DNA of 64,000 bases, from assembly GCF_000150275.1 (NCBI RefSeq), contig NW_002060953.1, forward strand, positions 352,286-416,285. Direction: 5' to 3'. Below, piece after piece: positions 1 through 11,331 of the stretch (positions are counted from its first letter, which is position 1; every line of letters starts with the position of its first letter). This DNA is from Trichoplax adhaerens. Lineage: Eukaryota; Animalia; Placozoa. A program made the translations under genes and the position numbers. The notes beneath the pieces were generated by a model, which did not search any database, was not told the origin of the DNA, and saw only the letters and a list, made by a program, of their open reading frames with translations.

Positions 1-275
1 ATAGAGTGTTCTTTACCTAAAGCCACTTCAGCTAAAAACATAATACCAATATTTCTAGCTACCCCTATATAACCAATAGATTTACTATTCTCTGAAGCAA
101 AATAAATGCCCTGACCGACTCTACCACCACTGTGGGGCATAATACGTAGGCCACTTTTTAAGATTGCAGCAACAACAGCAACATTGGTTCCATGCCACAA
201 AAGTCGACGATTTTGAATTTTATCATGAGTAGCAAATCGTTGTCCTTCACCCTCTCTGTCAATTTCCCAAATCCA
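1..275 (-). CDS. PARP3: PARP3-like ADP-ribosyltransferase, catalytic domain fragment (open at the window edge and at the N gap)
   Basis: Manual minus-strand translation from 275: WIWEIDREGEGQRFATHDKIQNRRLLWHGTNVAVVAAILKSGLRIMPHSGGRVGQGIYFASENSKSIGYIGVARNIGIMFLAEVALGKEHS. LLWHGTNxAVVAAILxSGLRIMPHSGGRVGxGIYFASENSKS is the PARP3-type signature. Not in the ORF track. Confidence 0.93.
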
Positions 276-325
276 NNNNNNNNNNNNNNNNNNNNNNNNN
301 NNNNNNNNNNNNNNNNNNNNNNNNN
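276..325. other. Assembly gap (50 N)
   Basis: Run of N. Confidence 1.
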
Positions 326-1322
326 CTAGACAGAGTTGAACAGCCACTTGTATAGCTCAATTTAACAATTTTCCAATGATGGAGAGCGTTAAATCCTGGC
401 ACCTTGCCACACAACGTGAAGAAGAATGTCAACTTGCAGCCCTGATCACGCCCCTATTTATAATCTATGCCAGCTGGATTACCACAACACAGCGATGGAG
501 GCGTTTGCAAATAGAGTCTATTGAGCAGTGGCATCGCTCATTCATGGCTTTTGACTTCTTACTGGATTCTATCCTATCTTGAAGAAGAAATTTGCATCTT
601 ATGTCGATGAAGAGCAGTCTCCATATCCATCATTTCAATTCAACCATGGCCATACTCGATCCATTTTACCACCAAGATGAATGAGTATGCTAGCTGATCA
701 ACAGCAGGCAAGAGCTTGTGCGAGCCTGTCCAGCCATCTGGACGAGCTTGGATAAGCATGGATTGCGCATCTCATGAATTACAATACATTCTACTGTAAA
801 GCAACATCCAGTTTTCTACGGTTTGTATGCGATTTTACAATACTTTGTGCTTTCACAGTACTAAACACTGTGGGAACGCACTGTATCAATCACATGATCC
901 ATCGCCTTTAGACAATAGCCAAAGGCTTGACGTACAGTACATCAACGTTGCCATGGTGAACGTTGACATAAGACAAGAAATTGACGAGATTTGTCTCAAC
1001 CCGTAACGATGTACAACATTGGAAGAATGTCGAGGTGTGAATGGAGACAATTACCTTAAGCTTCATGGAATGCATGTCCAAATTGTCCATGAGGCTGATC
1101 TAAAAGGGACCTAGTTCAATAATTGATCATGTTATCCATGTCCAATGTCCATGTAAGGAATGGCTTCTAGGTATCTTGTGGCTAGGCCATGGAATACTGC
1201 TCGAAAAAGACCTTAAATAGTGGGTCCTTGGCTAGTTACTGGATAATAATGGGCACTGCGGTTGAAAATGAAAAATAATCATGTTATGAATGCCCATTTA
1301 AAGCACTGAAAGAGAAAGCTGA

Positions 1323-1913
1323 TTGGCATCATTTACTGGGACCAGATGTACAACCTATGTAGTAGGCAACGATTTTCAAGATTGCATGTTAACATAGGCA
1401 CAGTACTATACTGCAGTGATAGCGCATTGGCATCATGTGCTGGGACCGGATGTACATTGTACTGCGCAACCCATGCAGTAGACAACGATTTTCATGATCG
1501 CATTCGGATAAATGTATGTGCATAGTACTGCAGTAGGCAGCGATCTTCAAGATTGCATGTTAACATAGGCACAGTACTATACTGCAGTGATAGCGCATTG
1601 GCATCATGTGCTGAGAGCGGATGTACAACCTATGCAGTAGACAACGATTTTCAGGATCACATTCGGATAAATGTATGTGCACAGTACTGCAGTAGGCAGC
1701 GATTTTCAAGATTGCATGTTAACATAGGCACAGTACTATGCTGCAGTGATAGTGCATTGGCATCATGTGCTGAGACCGGATGTACAACCTATGCAGTAGA
1801 CAACGATTTTCAGGATCGCATTCGGATAAATGCATATGCACAGTCCTGTAGTTTTATAGCTCATTGGCATCATGTGCTGGGACCGGATGGACATGGTACA
1901 ACCTATGCAGTAG
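1323..1913. repeat. Tandem repeat, ~159-bp unit (one 171-bp variant), ~3.5 copies
   Basis: GAT(T/C)TTCAAGATTGCATGTTAACATAGGCACAGTACTAT recurs at 1371, 1542 and 1701. It produces the 53-aa repeat in ORF 1553..1993. Confidence 0.92.
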
Positions 1914-2976
1914 ATCAATGTTGTGTGAATGGCTTGAGTAAAGATAGCTTAGCTGTTTTTGACAAAGCATGTAACATCCTTCATGTAGAGTAATTTAGAT
2001 AAAGCTTGCAGCAAATCTAGGATACAGTGCTACAGGCTCAATCTACTGTAGACGAGTTCAAAGAAAGCTTCGAGTAAAAGAAAAACTTCCCTTCATTAAA
2101 ATCAAATCAATGATATAGTGCCTGTAGAGTAGTTCAAATAAAGCTTCGAGCACAGTAATGTGCAGGAGTTGAAAGAAAACTTGCAAATTGCAACTAATAA
2201 ATGATACAGTAGACAGTAAGTAAAATGGCCTTGTTGTAGCCTTTCTTGGCGCTCAATGGAAAGTAGTTCAAAGAAAGCGTTAGGGAAAATACGTGTAAAT
2301 GATAGAGTGGTACTAGATGTTCAATGGACCGTACATGTACACATTGTACAACAGTAAACGCCTCATGCAAACTAATTGAAAGAAAGTTTCCATCAAATAA
2401 ATGATACTGTAGTGGCGCTGTTGTAGCCATATCAAACGGTCAATCTAAAGGAGTTGCAAAGAAAGCTTACAAAACGCATTGCACAGTAGCTCAAATAAGG
2501 TTTCCAATATCATTTAGAGCTTTACTTGCACTTTCAATGCATGGATAATATCACTACGAGCTGTAATATCATACCATTAGTACCAAACATACGTGATAAT
2601 ACCACCGTCATGGAAGTGAACTAAAGCATCAAGTAAATAAATGATTTCCCAACACCAACATTGTTGATCACTTCTTGTAGAGAACTTTATAATGACCGCG
2701 CTTCAGCCATTAGACCTACTACGGTCGCATCAACAACTAGTATACTAAAAAATGAGAATCCTGGCTAGTAATATACTATAGGTCATTCATATGTTTTTGC
2801 AAGGTCAAATAATTGTGCAGTCCATGGCTCACCAAAGACTCAAGTATACTGCTATGAACTACTTACACATACCGTTCGAAAAATTATAATGATTCATTAC
2901 GTACACTACTGTACATTAAATAATGATAGAATTAGCTTTTTAAATAACATAAATATTTAGAATTAATTCAACTCAC

Positions 2977-3031
2977 CAATAATAATACTGTAGGCTTGGC
3001 CAGGAACTGACCAGAAAATGGCCGCCATTTT
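2977..3031 (-). promoter_or_regulatory. Putative first exon with a palindromic double YY1-like site, followed by a strong donor
   Basis: AAAATGGC-C-GCCATTTT palindrome at 3015-3031. Minus-strand AAAATGGCG start context (ATG at 3028) reads MAAIFWSVPGQAYSIII up to a G|GTGAGT donor (2976-2971). Confidence 0.45.
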
Positions 3032-3294
3032 AAAATAATAAATGGAATGCAATAATCAGCGAAAATATCTTGATCCATTCTATTCGAATTAGACTAATAG
3101 GTTTGATTTGTACATGGGAATCGAATCGACTCAAAAGGTATACTGACCCTTTAATCGTTCCTTGTTTATGAGACTATGTAGGGAAAATGAATATTTTCCC
3201 AACTATTTCAATTGCTGATATTTATCGATCGATCTTAGAATTCAATCTCAAGTGAAAGCCAATTTTCTAATTGCTCGTATAGTACTCTACCAGC

Positions 3295-4054
3295 NNNNNN
3301 NNNNNNNNNNNNNNNNNNNNNNNNNNNNNNNNNNNNNNNNNNNNNNNNNNNNNNNNNNNNNNNNNNNNNNNNNNNNNNNNNNNNNNNNNNNNNNNNNNNN
3401 NNNNNNNNNNNNNNNNNNNNNNNNNNNNNNNNNNNNNNNNNNNNNNNNNNNNNNNNNNNNNNNNNNNNNNNNNNNNNNNNNNNNNNNNNNNNNNNNNNNN
3501 NNNNNNNNNNNNNNNNNNNNNNNNNNNNNNNNNNNNNNNNNNNNNNNNNNNNNNNNNNNNNNNNNNNNNNNNNNNNNNNNNNNNNNNNNNNNNNNNNNNN
3601 NNNNNNNNNNNNNNNNNNNNNNNNNNNNNNNNNNNNNNNNNNNNNNNNNNNNNNNNNNNNNNNNNNNNNNNNNNNNNNNNNNNNNNNNNNNNNNNNNNNN
3701 NNNNNNNNNNNNNNNNNNNNNNNNNNNNNNNNNNNNNNNNNNNNNNNNNNNNNNNNNNNNNNNNNNNNNNNNNNNNNNNNNNNNNNNNNNNNNNNNNNNN
3801 NNNNNNNNNNNNNNNNNNNNNNNNNNNNNNNNNNNNNNNNNNNNNNNNNNNNNNNNNNNNNNNNNNNNNNNNNNNNNNNNNNNNNNNNNNNNNNNNNNNN
3901 NNNNNNNNNNNNNNNNNNNNNNNNNNNNNNNNNNNNNNNNNNNNNNNNNNNNNNNNNNNNNNNNNNNNNNNNNNNNNNNNNNNNNNNNNNNNNNNNNNNN
4001 NNNNNNNNNNNNNNNNNNNNNNNNNNNNNNNNNNNNNNNNNNNNNNNNNNNNNN
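3295..4054. other. Assembly gap (760 N)
   Basis: Run of N. Confidence 1.
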
Positions 4055-4432
4055 ATATTTCTTTGCGCTCGCGCGGCGTATATATTCGATTTTTAGTGTT
4101 ATATTTTTTATTTCCTTTTATTATCTTTTTGTTATTATTTTTCGCGTGGGTCCAGGTCTTCTCTATCTAGCCATGACTTGAAGAAATGAATAAATTATTG
4201 TAATAAAGAATGGCGAGATACCTTTTGTCTTCTACCAATTTGACTTAATAACTACATTGCACAGTTGTAGAGTATGCTTTCCTCTCTAATGCTATATGCT
4301 TATATACAGCAGAGTTGCAGATCTACTGATATGTATTAACTGTTTTAGCCTAATATTCTCTATTTGATAAACCAGCAATGCTAAAAGAAGAGAAATAATG
4401 TAGCCAATCTCCAGTTGAACTCAAGTCTATAT

Positions 4433-4822
4433 CAGGGCTTTAGTTTAACAGCGGGCTGCAAGGCATAACTAGGGCAATTGCAAGTTATAAGTTTAATTTT
4501 TGTAAGGATTAATTAACCCAATACACTGTAGTTTAAAATTTCAGACCATATCTTAATTTCACGCTTCTGAGCTACTATATAGTATTATTAACCTTTAACA
4601 ATGAGTCAAAAGCAATCTTTCATATCAGTTTAATATTGCTATGTTTGAATGTTATCATATAGTATTATCTCCATAAGGTATTGCATAGTATATATCTTGC
4701 TGCCGTAGGATATTGGTATACTGATATAATGATATAAATTTATCATTTGTAGAACATGTTACATGGGGCATATTTATCGTTATAGTAAGTAACAACCGTT
4801 GCTATATACGCGTAAAGCCCTG
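4433..4822. mobile_element. Candidate non-autonomous TIR DNA element (MITE-like), 390 bp
   Basis: CAGGGCTTTA (4433-4442) ... TAAAGCCCTG (4813-4822), flanked on both sides by ATAT, giving a 14-bp perfect inverted repeat. No internal ORF. Confidence 0.45.
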
Positions 4823-5524
4823 ATATTTAGAAATGAAGTGAGATCTGTTCTACAGGATTCAAGAGTTAAGTTGTATTACCCATTATGGTCTAACTCTTAA
4901 CAAATATAAAAAATGAAATGAAACGATGTTATTGTAAGAATAAATCGAGTACACCATAGTTTGTATACTTGGGATCTTCCAACTAGATAGAGATAGAAGT
5001 TAAATGTGGTAAATGACTTCAAGTTTTGCTTTCAACTTGGAACGAACATTAATGTCTTCCACGAAATGAATCAAAAATACTAAAAAAATAAAAAGTCATT
5101 TAGCAAACCTTAAGTTAAATCTTTATTACTGCTTTCGATTAGCGGCTCTATACAAGTATTACAAATTGCCGCCAATTAATTAATTATTGGCATGATAAGT
5201 TTGATTTTTGTAAGATTCACTAATACACCTTACTGTAACTTCAAATTTGATGAAACTCTTTCTTCCTCATTTCTAAGCTACCACATAATTGTAAGAGGCA
5301 GAAATAGCCATTTTATTCGCTTAAACATAAGTAGATCTTGACCATTTATTCCAATTTTACGTAAAACTAATCGATCCCTCGCTCGTACATTTGTATACTA
5401 TACTTGTACCTTCTACTTTACATGATATTGAGCGATATCATGGGTTGCGTTATTAAAATCGATCAATGTAATTCAGGAGTATTCATTATGCTATAACTGA
5501 TTGTGATATATCTCTATATGTAGT

Positions 5525-5790
5525 TGTTACGATGCGTAAGCTCGTCCTAATTATAACTTTAAAAGGATACTTTTATATTATGTGCACCGGGAGTTTCTGA
5601 CGAGACTATAAAAGGCTGGTGCCTGAAGATTCCTTTTTAGTTCGTTAGTCGGTTAGATAGTCAACTAGTTTTTCAATTGATATTTAATTGTAAAGTCTAT
5701 AATCTTGGGTGCCAAGATTCCTTCAGTAATAAATGATAGTAAATCTCTGACTATCTCGTCTACATCATCTGTGACGCTATAATTATACCA
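5525..5790 (+). mobile_element. Candidate solo LTR, 266 bp
   Basis: Starts TGTTA and ends TACCA (TG...CA). 4-bp direct repeat TAGT at 5521-5524 and 5791-5794. TATAAAAGG at 5607 and AATAAA at 5728, in LTR order. Confidence 0.6.
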
Positions 5791-6893
5791 TAGTATTCGG
5801 TCGTTGGAACTGAATTATTTGGTGATATAGCTAATCTCGCCTCTTTAAGTAGTAAGTGGCGTACTCCGCAGGATTGGCGTGTGTAGACTACTTTGTCACT
5901 AGTGGTGTGTGACAGTAGTCTATTGATAGATACTAAAAAAGCGTAGTGTCATCGCCATATTAAAGTATCTGTCTATAAGCTGCATATAGTGTGCAATGTG
6001 TATTTCAACACACAGCTATGATTGGATAGATAGCTTATACTATAGCATTTGCATACTATAACTAGTTCGATAAAATTATGTGCATGCATAATATCATTAT
6101 CATCCAAGAATAAATCAAAAATATCATGATTTTCATATGGAAGGCCTTAGATTGACGTTAAAGTTGGTAAAACTAACTATTGCCGACCTACCTTTCAAAC
6201 GTACGGCCAGAAAAAATGCCCTGCCAATACCAGTACTATAATCTGTTCAATATGTTTACAGCATATCTATATATGTATTATTTTCTTATTTGGAAATTCA
6301 ATGTTGAGGCATGTTTATTATTGTAATAATGATGTGTAGTAGTACACTGTTGTAAATTCGATCCCTTGCTCAATAAAAATTACACTTTGCGTACTTTACA
6401 TTATCAATATGTCTATCATTGCCAAGGAAAAGTCAGTGCTGGTACAAGTTGTACTACAGTATATGCCTTACTAAAGTTTAAAAACCCTAATCCCACCATA
6501 CAATCTCTATCCTTACTAACAAATAGAATCACACTCAGATTACGCTACCAGAATGAACGCAGTTTCTAAAATCATTCCATTTCTTTATTTGCAAACGCAC
6601 ATATGCTGTAAAATGAAATAGGTTGTTGCACATTGATAAGCGTAGAATGTTTATAATTTACAATGACAGACTTTGATAAATATTAATCTCTTTTGCAGCG
6701 ATATGCAATAATGTTGTAATGTAATATGAAATTTTCTCTCCAATATACTTTCTAATGATATAAAACTGCATTATTAAACAAACCATTTACAATACATAAA
6801 GTAGGATTTATTTCGGTATAATATAAAACAACAACATCCGACATAGATCATAGCAATGTGGTATGTACGAGATTATTAAGAGCAATCATTGAA

Positions 6894-8286
6894 CTAGCTA
6901 CAATGCTGTTCCTTGCTTCCTTCTGATTGTAATTCCATCGTATCCTTGGATTCTATTTCGATATAATTCCTACCGTTTAGAATATCTTCCTGGAAAGCAT
7001 CATCAGTAGACAACAATAATTGAGCAATTGGTACTAATTCTTTATCAACGGAGTGTTTACTCAAAGACGAATATCTATACATGATTGTATCCAAAGAGCA
7101 GCTTAGTATTGCAGCATTTTCGGCAATAACTTGATGAGAATAACCCATTTTCTTTATTAAATAATCACATTTTCGTTGAAGAGAATTTTGACTGTGTCCT
7201 AAAATGGATGGATTGAGGTCGAATATCATTCTACTTTGCTTTTCCGTAAATTTGAGCTGAATTAATGAATGAAGTTGATTAGATAGAACTTCATGACCAT
7301 GTTGCAGATAGGCAGGATTGGATACCCATATCCGGCGTATTAAGTCTATATCAATTCCTAAACTTTGATAATATCCTACTGTCTTGGCTAAACGATTTGT
7401 AGTCATTGCAATGCTTTTGGATATAACATGATGAAACCTATCTAGCATTGGATAGTCTAAGCCAATGGTTCAACCAATTTGCAATATTAGCTATAGCAAC
7501 GTAAGTTAATAGTAGTATTGAAGGATGATTCGATATTATATCTTGAATGCTAGCTTTATCAGATTGATATAAACTAATCACGTCAATGACTTTTTTCAAT
7601 TGTGAAATAGGTAACAATAAAATAGAAGTATGATGGGTGATTATATTATTGATATCCAAAGGGCTTAGACCGTTATCCTTCAATAACTTCACCGTATGAC
7701 GGAGATTTTGAGCGCCAACCAGAATTAATCGTGGACGCTTTATGATAATATCCCATGCTTTAAATTTATTAAAATCGCGAGACTGTAAAAAGCTTAGTAG
7801 ATTTTGGGCATCTGATTCTTGATACGTCAGAAGGAAAGAATGCTCGGAGAGTAGCTTACTCAATTTGCTTTCAGTTAAGCCTAAACTTTTAAGAAATACT
7901 AATCGAATCTTTAAAATATCTTCGTTCATGTTTAGAATTCGTGGTCTATAAATGATCATTTGACAAATAGAACTCTTTTCTATACCTGCTTTCAATAATA
8001 TCCTTATTTTGGGTTCAATGACGTCTAGCGACCAAATAATTCTATTGCGAAAAGTTTTATTTACTTTGCCGAGGTCGACACCTAACGATTGTAAATAGAT
8101 TCTGCTTTGATCATCTAATGATGCATTTTTACCGGAGAAATAGGTACGTCGTACTAAGACTATTGGATAGCATTGGGTGCATCGACTTCCAAGTAACTGC
8201 CCACAATGAGTATACATCGTTTTCTTAAACAGGTATCCAGTCATACGTGTAAAATTGGCTTGAAATAACGAGCCTATGATCAGCAT
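6894..8286 (-). CDS. mTERF-family protein, no apparent coding intron, one frameshift near 7469 (assembly error or pseudogene)
   Basis: ORFs 7438..8310 and 6894..7448 overlap. Both carry ~32-35 aa mTERF repeats (YLQSLGV, FLKSLGL, YYQSLGI; RPRIL, HPSIL, NPSIL; C-terminal ILSCSLDTIMYR). Start is uncertain (ATG at 8286 or 8244). Confidence 0.8.
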
Positions 8287-9283
8287 TGTGCCAGGAAAGT
8301 TTGCCTTCAACGATTACGTGTCAATTTCTACGTATTCTTGCTATCATCCCTACTACCAGCTGATTTTATCCTACAATCTTGCAAAGTTCATTTAACACAA
8401 TATTATGCATTTTTTTTTTCAATTGAAGGAGAATGAAGTCATTGTGCATGACTACAGCAGTATCCTAGGGGGGAAATAAGCAAAGGGAATCAAAGGTTAC
8501 CTGATTCTATCCAGTCTGCAATCAACTTGCGACCATCATGGACATGAGCCAAACCACAAATCGGCACACTAAATGATCTCGTACCCACGTCGTCTACGTT
8601 CCAAGATGGAAGATGGCGTCAGTAGATGGCTAATACTAGTCTATCTTGTACAGCTACGATACTAACAATATTATCCTATACTAGAATAGTTATTCTGTAT
8701 ATCAAATTAGCCTATGCCACTTGGATCAGCTATGCAATACAGCCAACGATGATTTATTTCAACACTTTGTGGAAGGATTTTCTACTGCAGCATGCTTCTG
8801 AGCTCGCTGTGGCTGCTTCGTAGGATAGTGTATGAAAGGGTAGTCTACTCCTCTACAGGACTATATCGTGTAATACAGACTGACAAGATGGAAGGACATG
8901 GAGCTGATCAAGCCGAGTCTAGTTTTTCACGCCCTACCAGTTAGCCTACTGTAGCCAGTGATGGAAAGTAGTGTATGGGACCTACAAGTAGCAACAGGAT
9001 GTGGAAAGGCAGTATGCTGCATTCAGCTGCGGCAGTCCAGCAGAGGTGCAAGCTAGCAGCTGCAAGTTCCAGCTTTCCAGCTCGAGAAATCGATCCAATT
9101 GGCAATAGTGGCGATAGTACAGTATTATTCAATCGATGAGGATCAACATGCAACATTGAAAAGGGGAGAATACTAGCGAATTGATTGCTATACTACGCTA
9201 CCAGTGGTAGACGGTTTTATTTTCTGGATAGGTGTGTGCTGCAATGATATTGAGCGCATCCATTTTCAACGTGGAAGCTTAGC

Positions 9284-10237
9284 GACAGAGATCAAGAAAG
9301 AAAGCAACATTCAAGGAGCCTACAAGCAATCTAGAGGTATCACCAGGGACAAACGTTAGTCAACGCATTGGAAGTGATTTGTAATTGAAAGCCTAGCGAC
9401 AGAGATCAAGAAAGAAAGCAACATTCTAGGAGCCTACAAGCAATCTAGAGGTATCACCAGGGACAAACGTTAGTCAACGCATTGGAAGTGATTTGTAATT
9501 GAAGCCATCGATCATCAGACAGAGATCGAGAAAGAAAGCAACATTCAAGGAGCCTACAAGCAATCTAGAGGTATCACCAGGGACAAACGTTAGTCAACGC
9601 ATTGGAACTGATTTGTAATTGAAGCCATCGATCATCAGACAGAGATCAAGAAAGAAAGCAACACCCAAGGAGCCTACAAGCAATCTAGAGGTATCAGCAG
9701 GGACAAACGTTAGTCAACGCATTGGAAGTGATTTGTAATTGAAGCCATCGATCATCAGACAGAGATCAAGAAAGAAAGCAACACCCAAGGAGCCTACAAG
9801 CAATCTAGAGGTATCACCAGGGACAAACGTTAGTCAACGCATTGGAAGTGATTTGTAATTGAAGCCATCGATCATCAGACAGAGATCGAGAAAGAAAGCA
9901 ACATTCAAGGAGCCTACAAGCAATCTAGAGGTATCACCAGGGACAAACGTTAGTCAACGCATTGGAAGTGATTTGTAATTGAAGCCATCGATCATCAGAC
10001 AGAGATCAAGAAAGAAAGCAACATTCAAGGAGCCTACAAGCAATCTAGAGGTATCACCAGGGACAAACGTTAGTCAACGCATTGGAAGTGATTTATAATT
10101 GAAGCCATCGATCATCAGACAGAGATCAAGAAAGAAAGCAACACCCAAGGAGCCTACAAGCAATCTAGAGGTATCACCAGGGACAAACGTTAGTCAACGC
10201 ATTGGAAGTGATTTATAATTGAAGCCATCGATCATCA
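9284..10237. repeat. Tandem array, 8 copies of a 120-bp unit (first unit 114 bp)
   Basis: GACAGAGATC(A/G)AGAAAGAAAGCAAC... starts at 9284, 9398, 9518, 9638, 9758, 9878, 9998 and 10118. Copies are near-identical. Confidence 0.98.
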
Positions 10238-11331
10238 TGTGGCAGCTTGCAAGATCGATCATGACGATCGGCCGGTCATTAAGACATCATCAATGCAATT
10301 ATGTATGGCTAGCAAAACGAAGCCACTTCTTTAAAAAGTTGAAAAAAATCACCCCTACAACTCAATATTTATACTCATTAGGTGCTGATGTGGAGAAATT
10401 GCTATTACAAAATGCTCCTATAACCAAGAGAAAGGTAGATATAGTTCAAGATCATGTTGCATTCTTGCAAAATTTAGGCATCAGTGAAGACTCGTTAAGT
10501 ATCGTTATAACCAAAGGCCATCGTTTTATATTAGCAGCAAGGCCTGAATTGCAACAACGTATCGAGTTTTTCACCGATTTAGGCATGACAAAAGACGATG
10601 TGGTCGGAATGATTGTTACCTTTCCTAAATTAATGACGATGCATACAGTACGCGAGATACTACCTCGTATTGATTACTTGCGATCAATCATCTCAACCGA
10701 TAAAGCGATAGCTACCATCATTCAGAGCAATCCGACATCTTTAAATTATTCCCCATTGAAATTGCAAGAGCGAATTGATATTTTCCGAAATGGCTTTTTG
10801 AAATTCGATGTTCAAGATATTGAAAAGATTATTATCGATTGTCCACGATTATTATCCATCAAGAGCAGTTCTTCGACACGTTCCTTACTTTGGTTGAAAA
10901 ACAATTATTTTAGTCAAGATCAAATACAACAAATAATCCTAAAATATCCTTGCTTCGTAACCCTCGACTTGGCCAAAATTGATGCCATTTGGAAATGGAT
11001 GAATAAGACTGGTTTAATCTTTACTAACAAGAAGAATGATAATCCTCATCGTAAACAGTCAAGATCACTTATTCAACAGTTACAGGAAAAACTGAAATCA
11101 CCTTATGAAGTTAGAGATATTGTCGAATATCCGAATGTATTTGGTGAACCCCTAGAAAAACTTCGAAATCGAATTCGATATGTAACCTCATTACAGATTC
11201 TTGATGAGAAACTTATTCCATTTGAAGATTTAGTCAAATTTGATGATCGAGCATTTGCAGAGACAATAGCGGAATCGAACTACAAAAGTTATCAGCGATT
11301 TGTGGCTAGACAGTCAGCATCTCCTTGGTAA
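10237..11331 (+). CDS. mTERF-family protein, single coding exon, 364 aa, with a probable mitochondrial presequence
   Basis: First ATG at 10237 (MWQLARSIMTIGRSLRHH, Arg-rich and acid-free). mTERF repeats YLYSLGAD, FLQNLGI, FFTDLGM..FPKLM, NPTSL, CPRLL, YPCFV, YPNVF..LEKLRNR; C-terminal DDRAF as in mTERFs. Confidence 0.88.
   Translation: MWQLARSIMTIGRSLRHHQCNYVWLAKRSHFFKKLKKITPTTQYLYSLGADVEKLLLQNAPITKRKVDIVQDHVAFLQNLGISEDSLSIVITKGHRFILAARPELQQRIEFFTDLGMTKDDVVGMIVTFPKLMTMHTVREILPRIDYLRSIISTDKAIATIIQSNPTSLNYSPLKLQERIDIFRNGFLKFDVQDIEKIIIDCPRLLSIKSSSSTRSLLWLKNNYFSQDQIQQIILKYPCFVTLDLAKIDAIWKWMNKTGLIFTNKKNDNPHRKQSRSLIQQLQEKLKSPYEVRDIVEYPNVFGEPLEKLRNRIRYVTSLQILDEKLIPFEDLVKFDDRAFAETIAESNYKSYQRFVARQSASPW

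Noticed and set aside
1553-1993. 146-aa Cys-rich repeat ORF
   Set aside because: By-product of a 159-bp (multiple of 3) tandem repeat; TTG start; no recognisable domain
3252-4181. 309-aa ORF
   Set aside because: Artefact of reading through the N gap
7438-7476. Programmed ribosomal frameshift in the minus-strand mTERF
   Set aside because: No slippery heptamer, no in-frame stop at the shift site and no evident stimulatory structure; an indel is simpler
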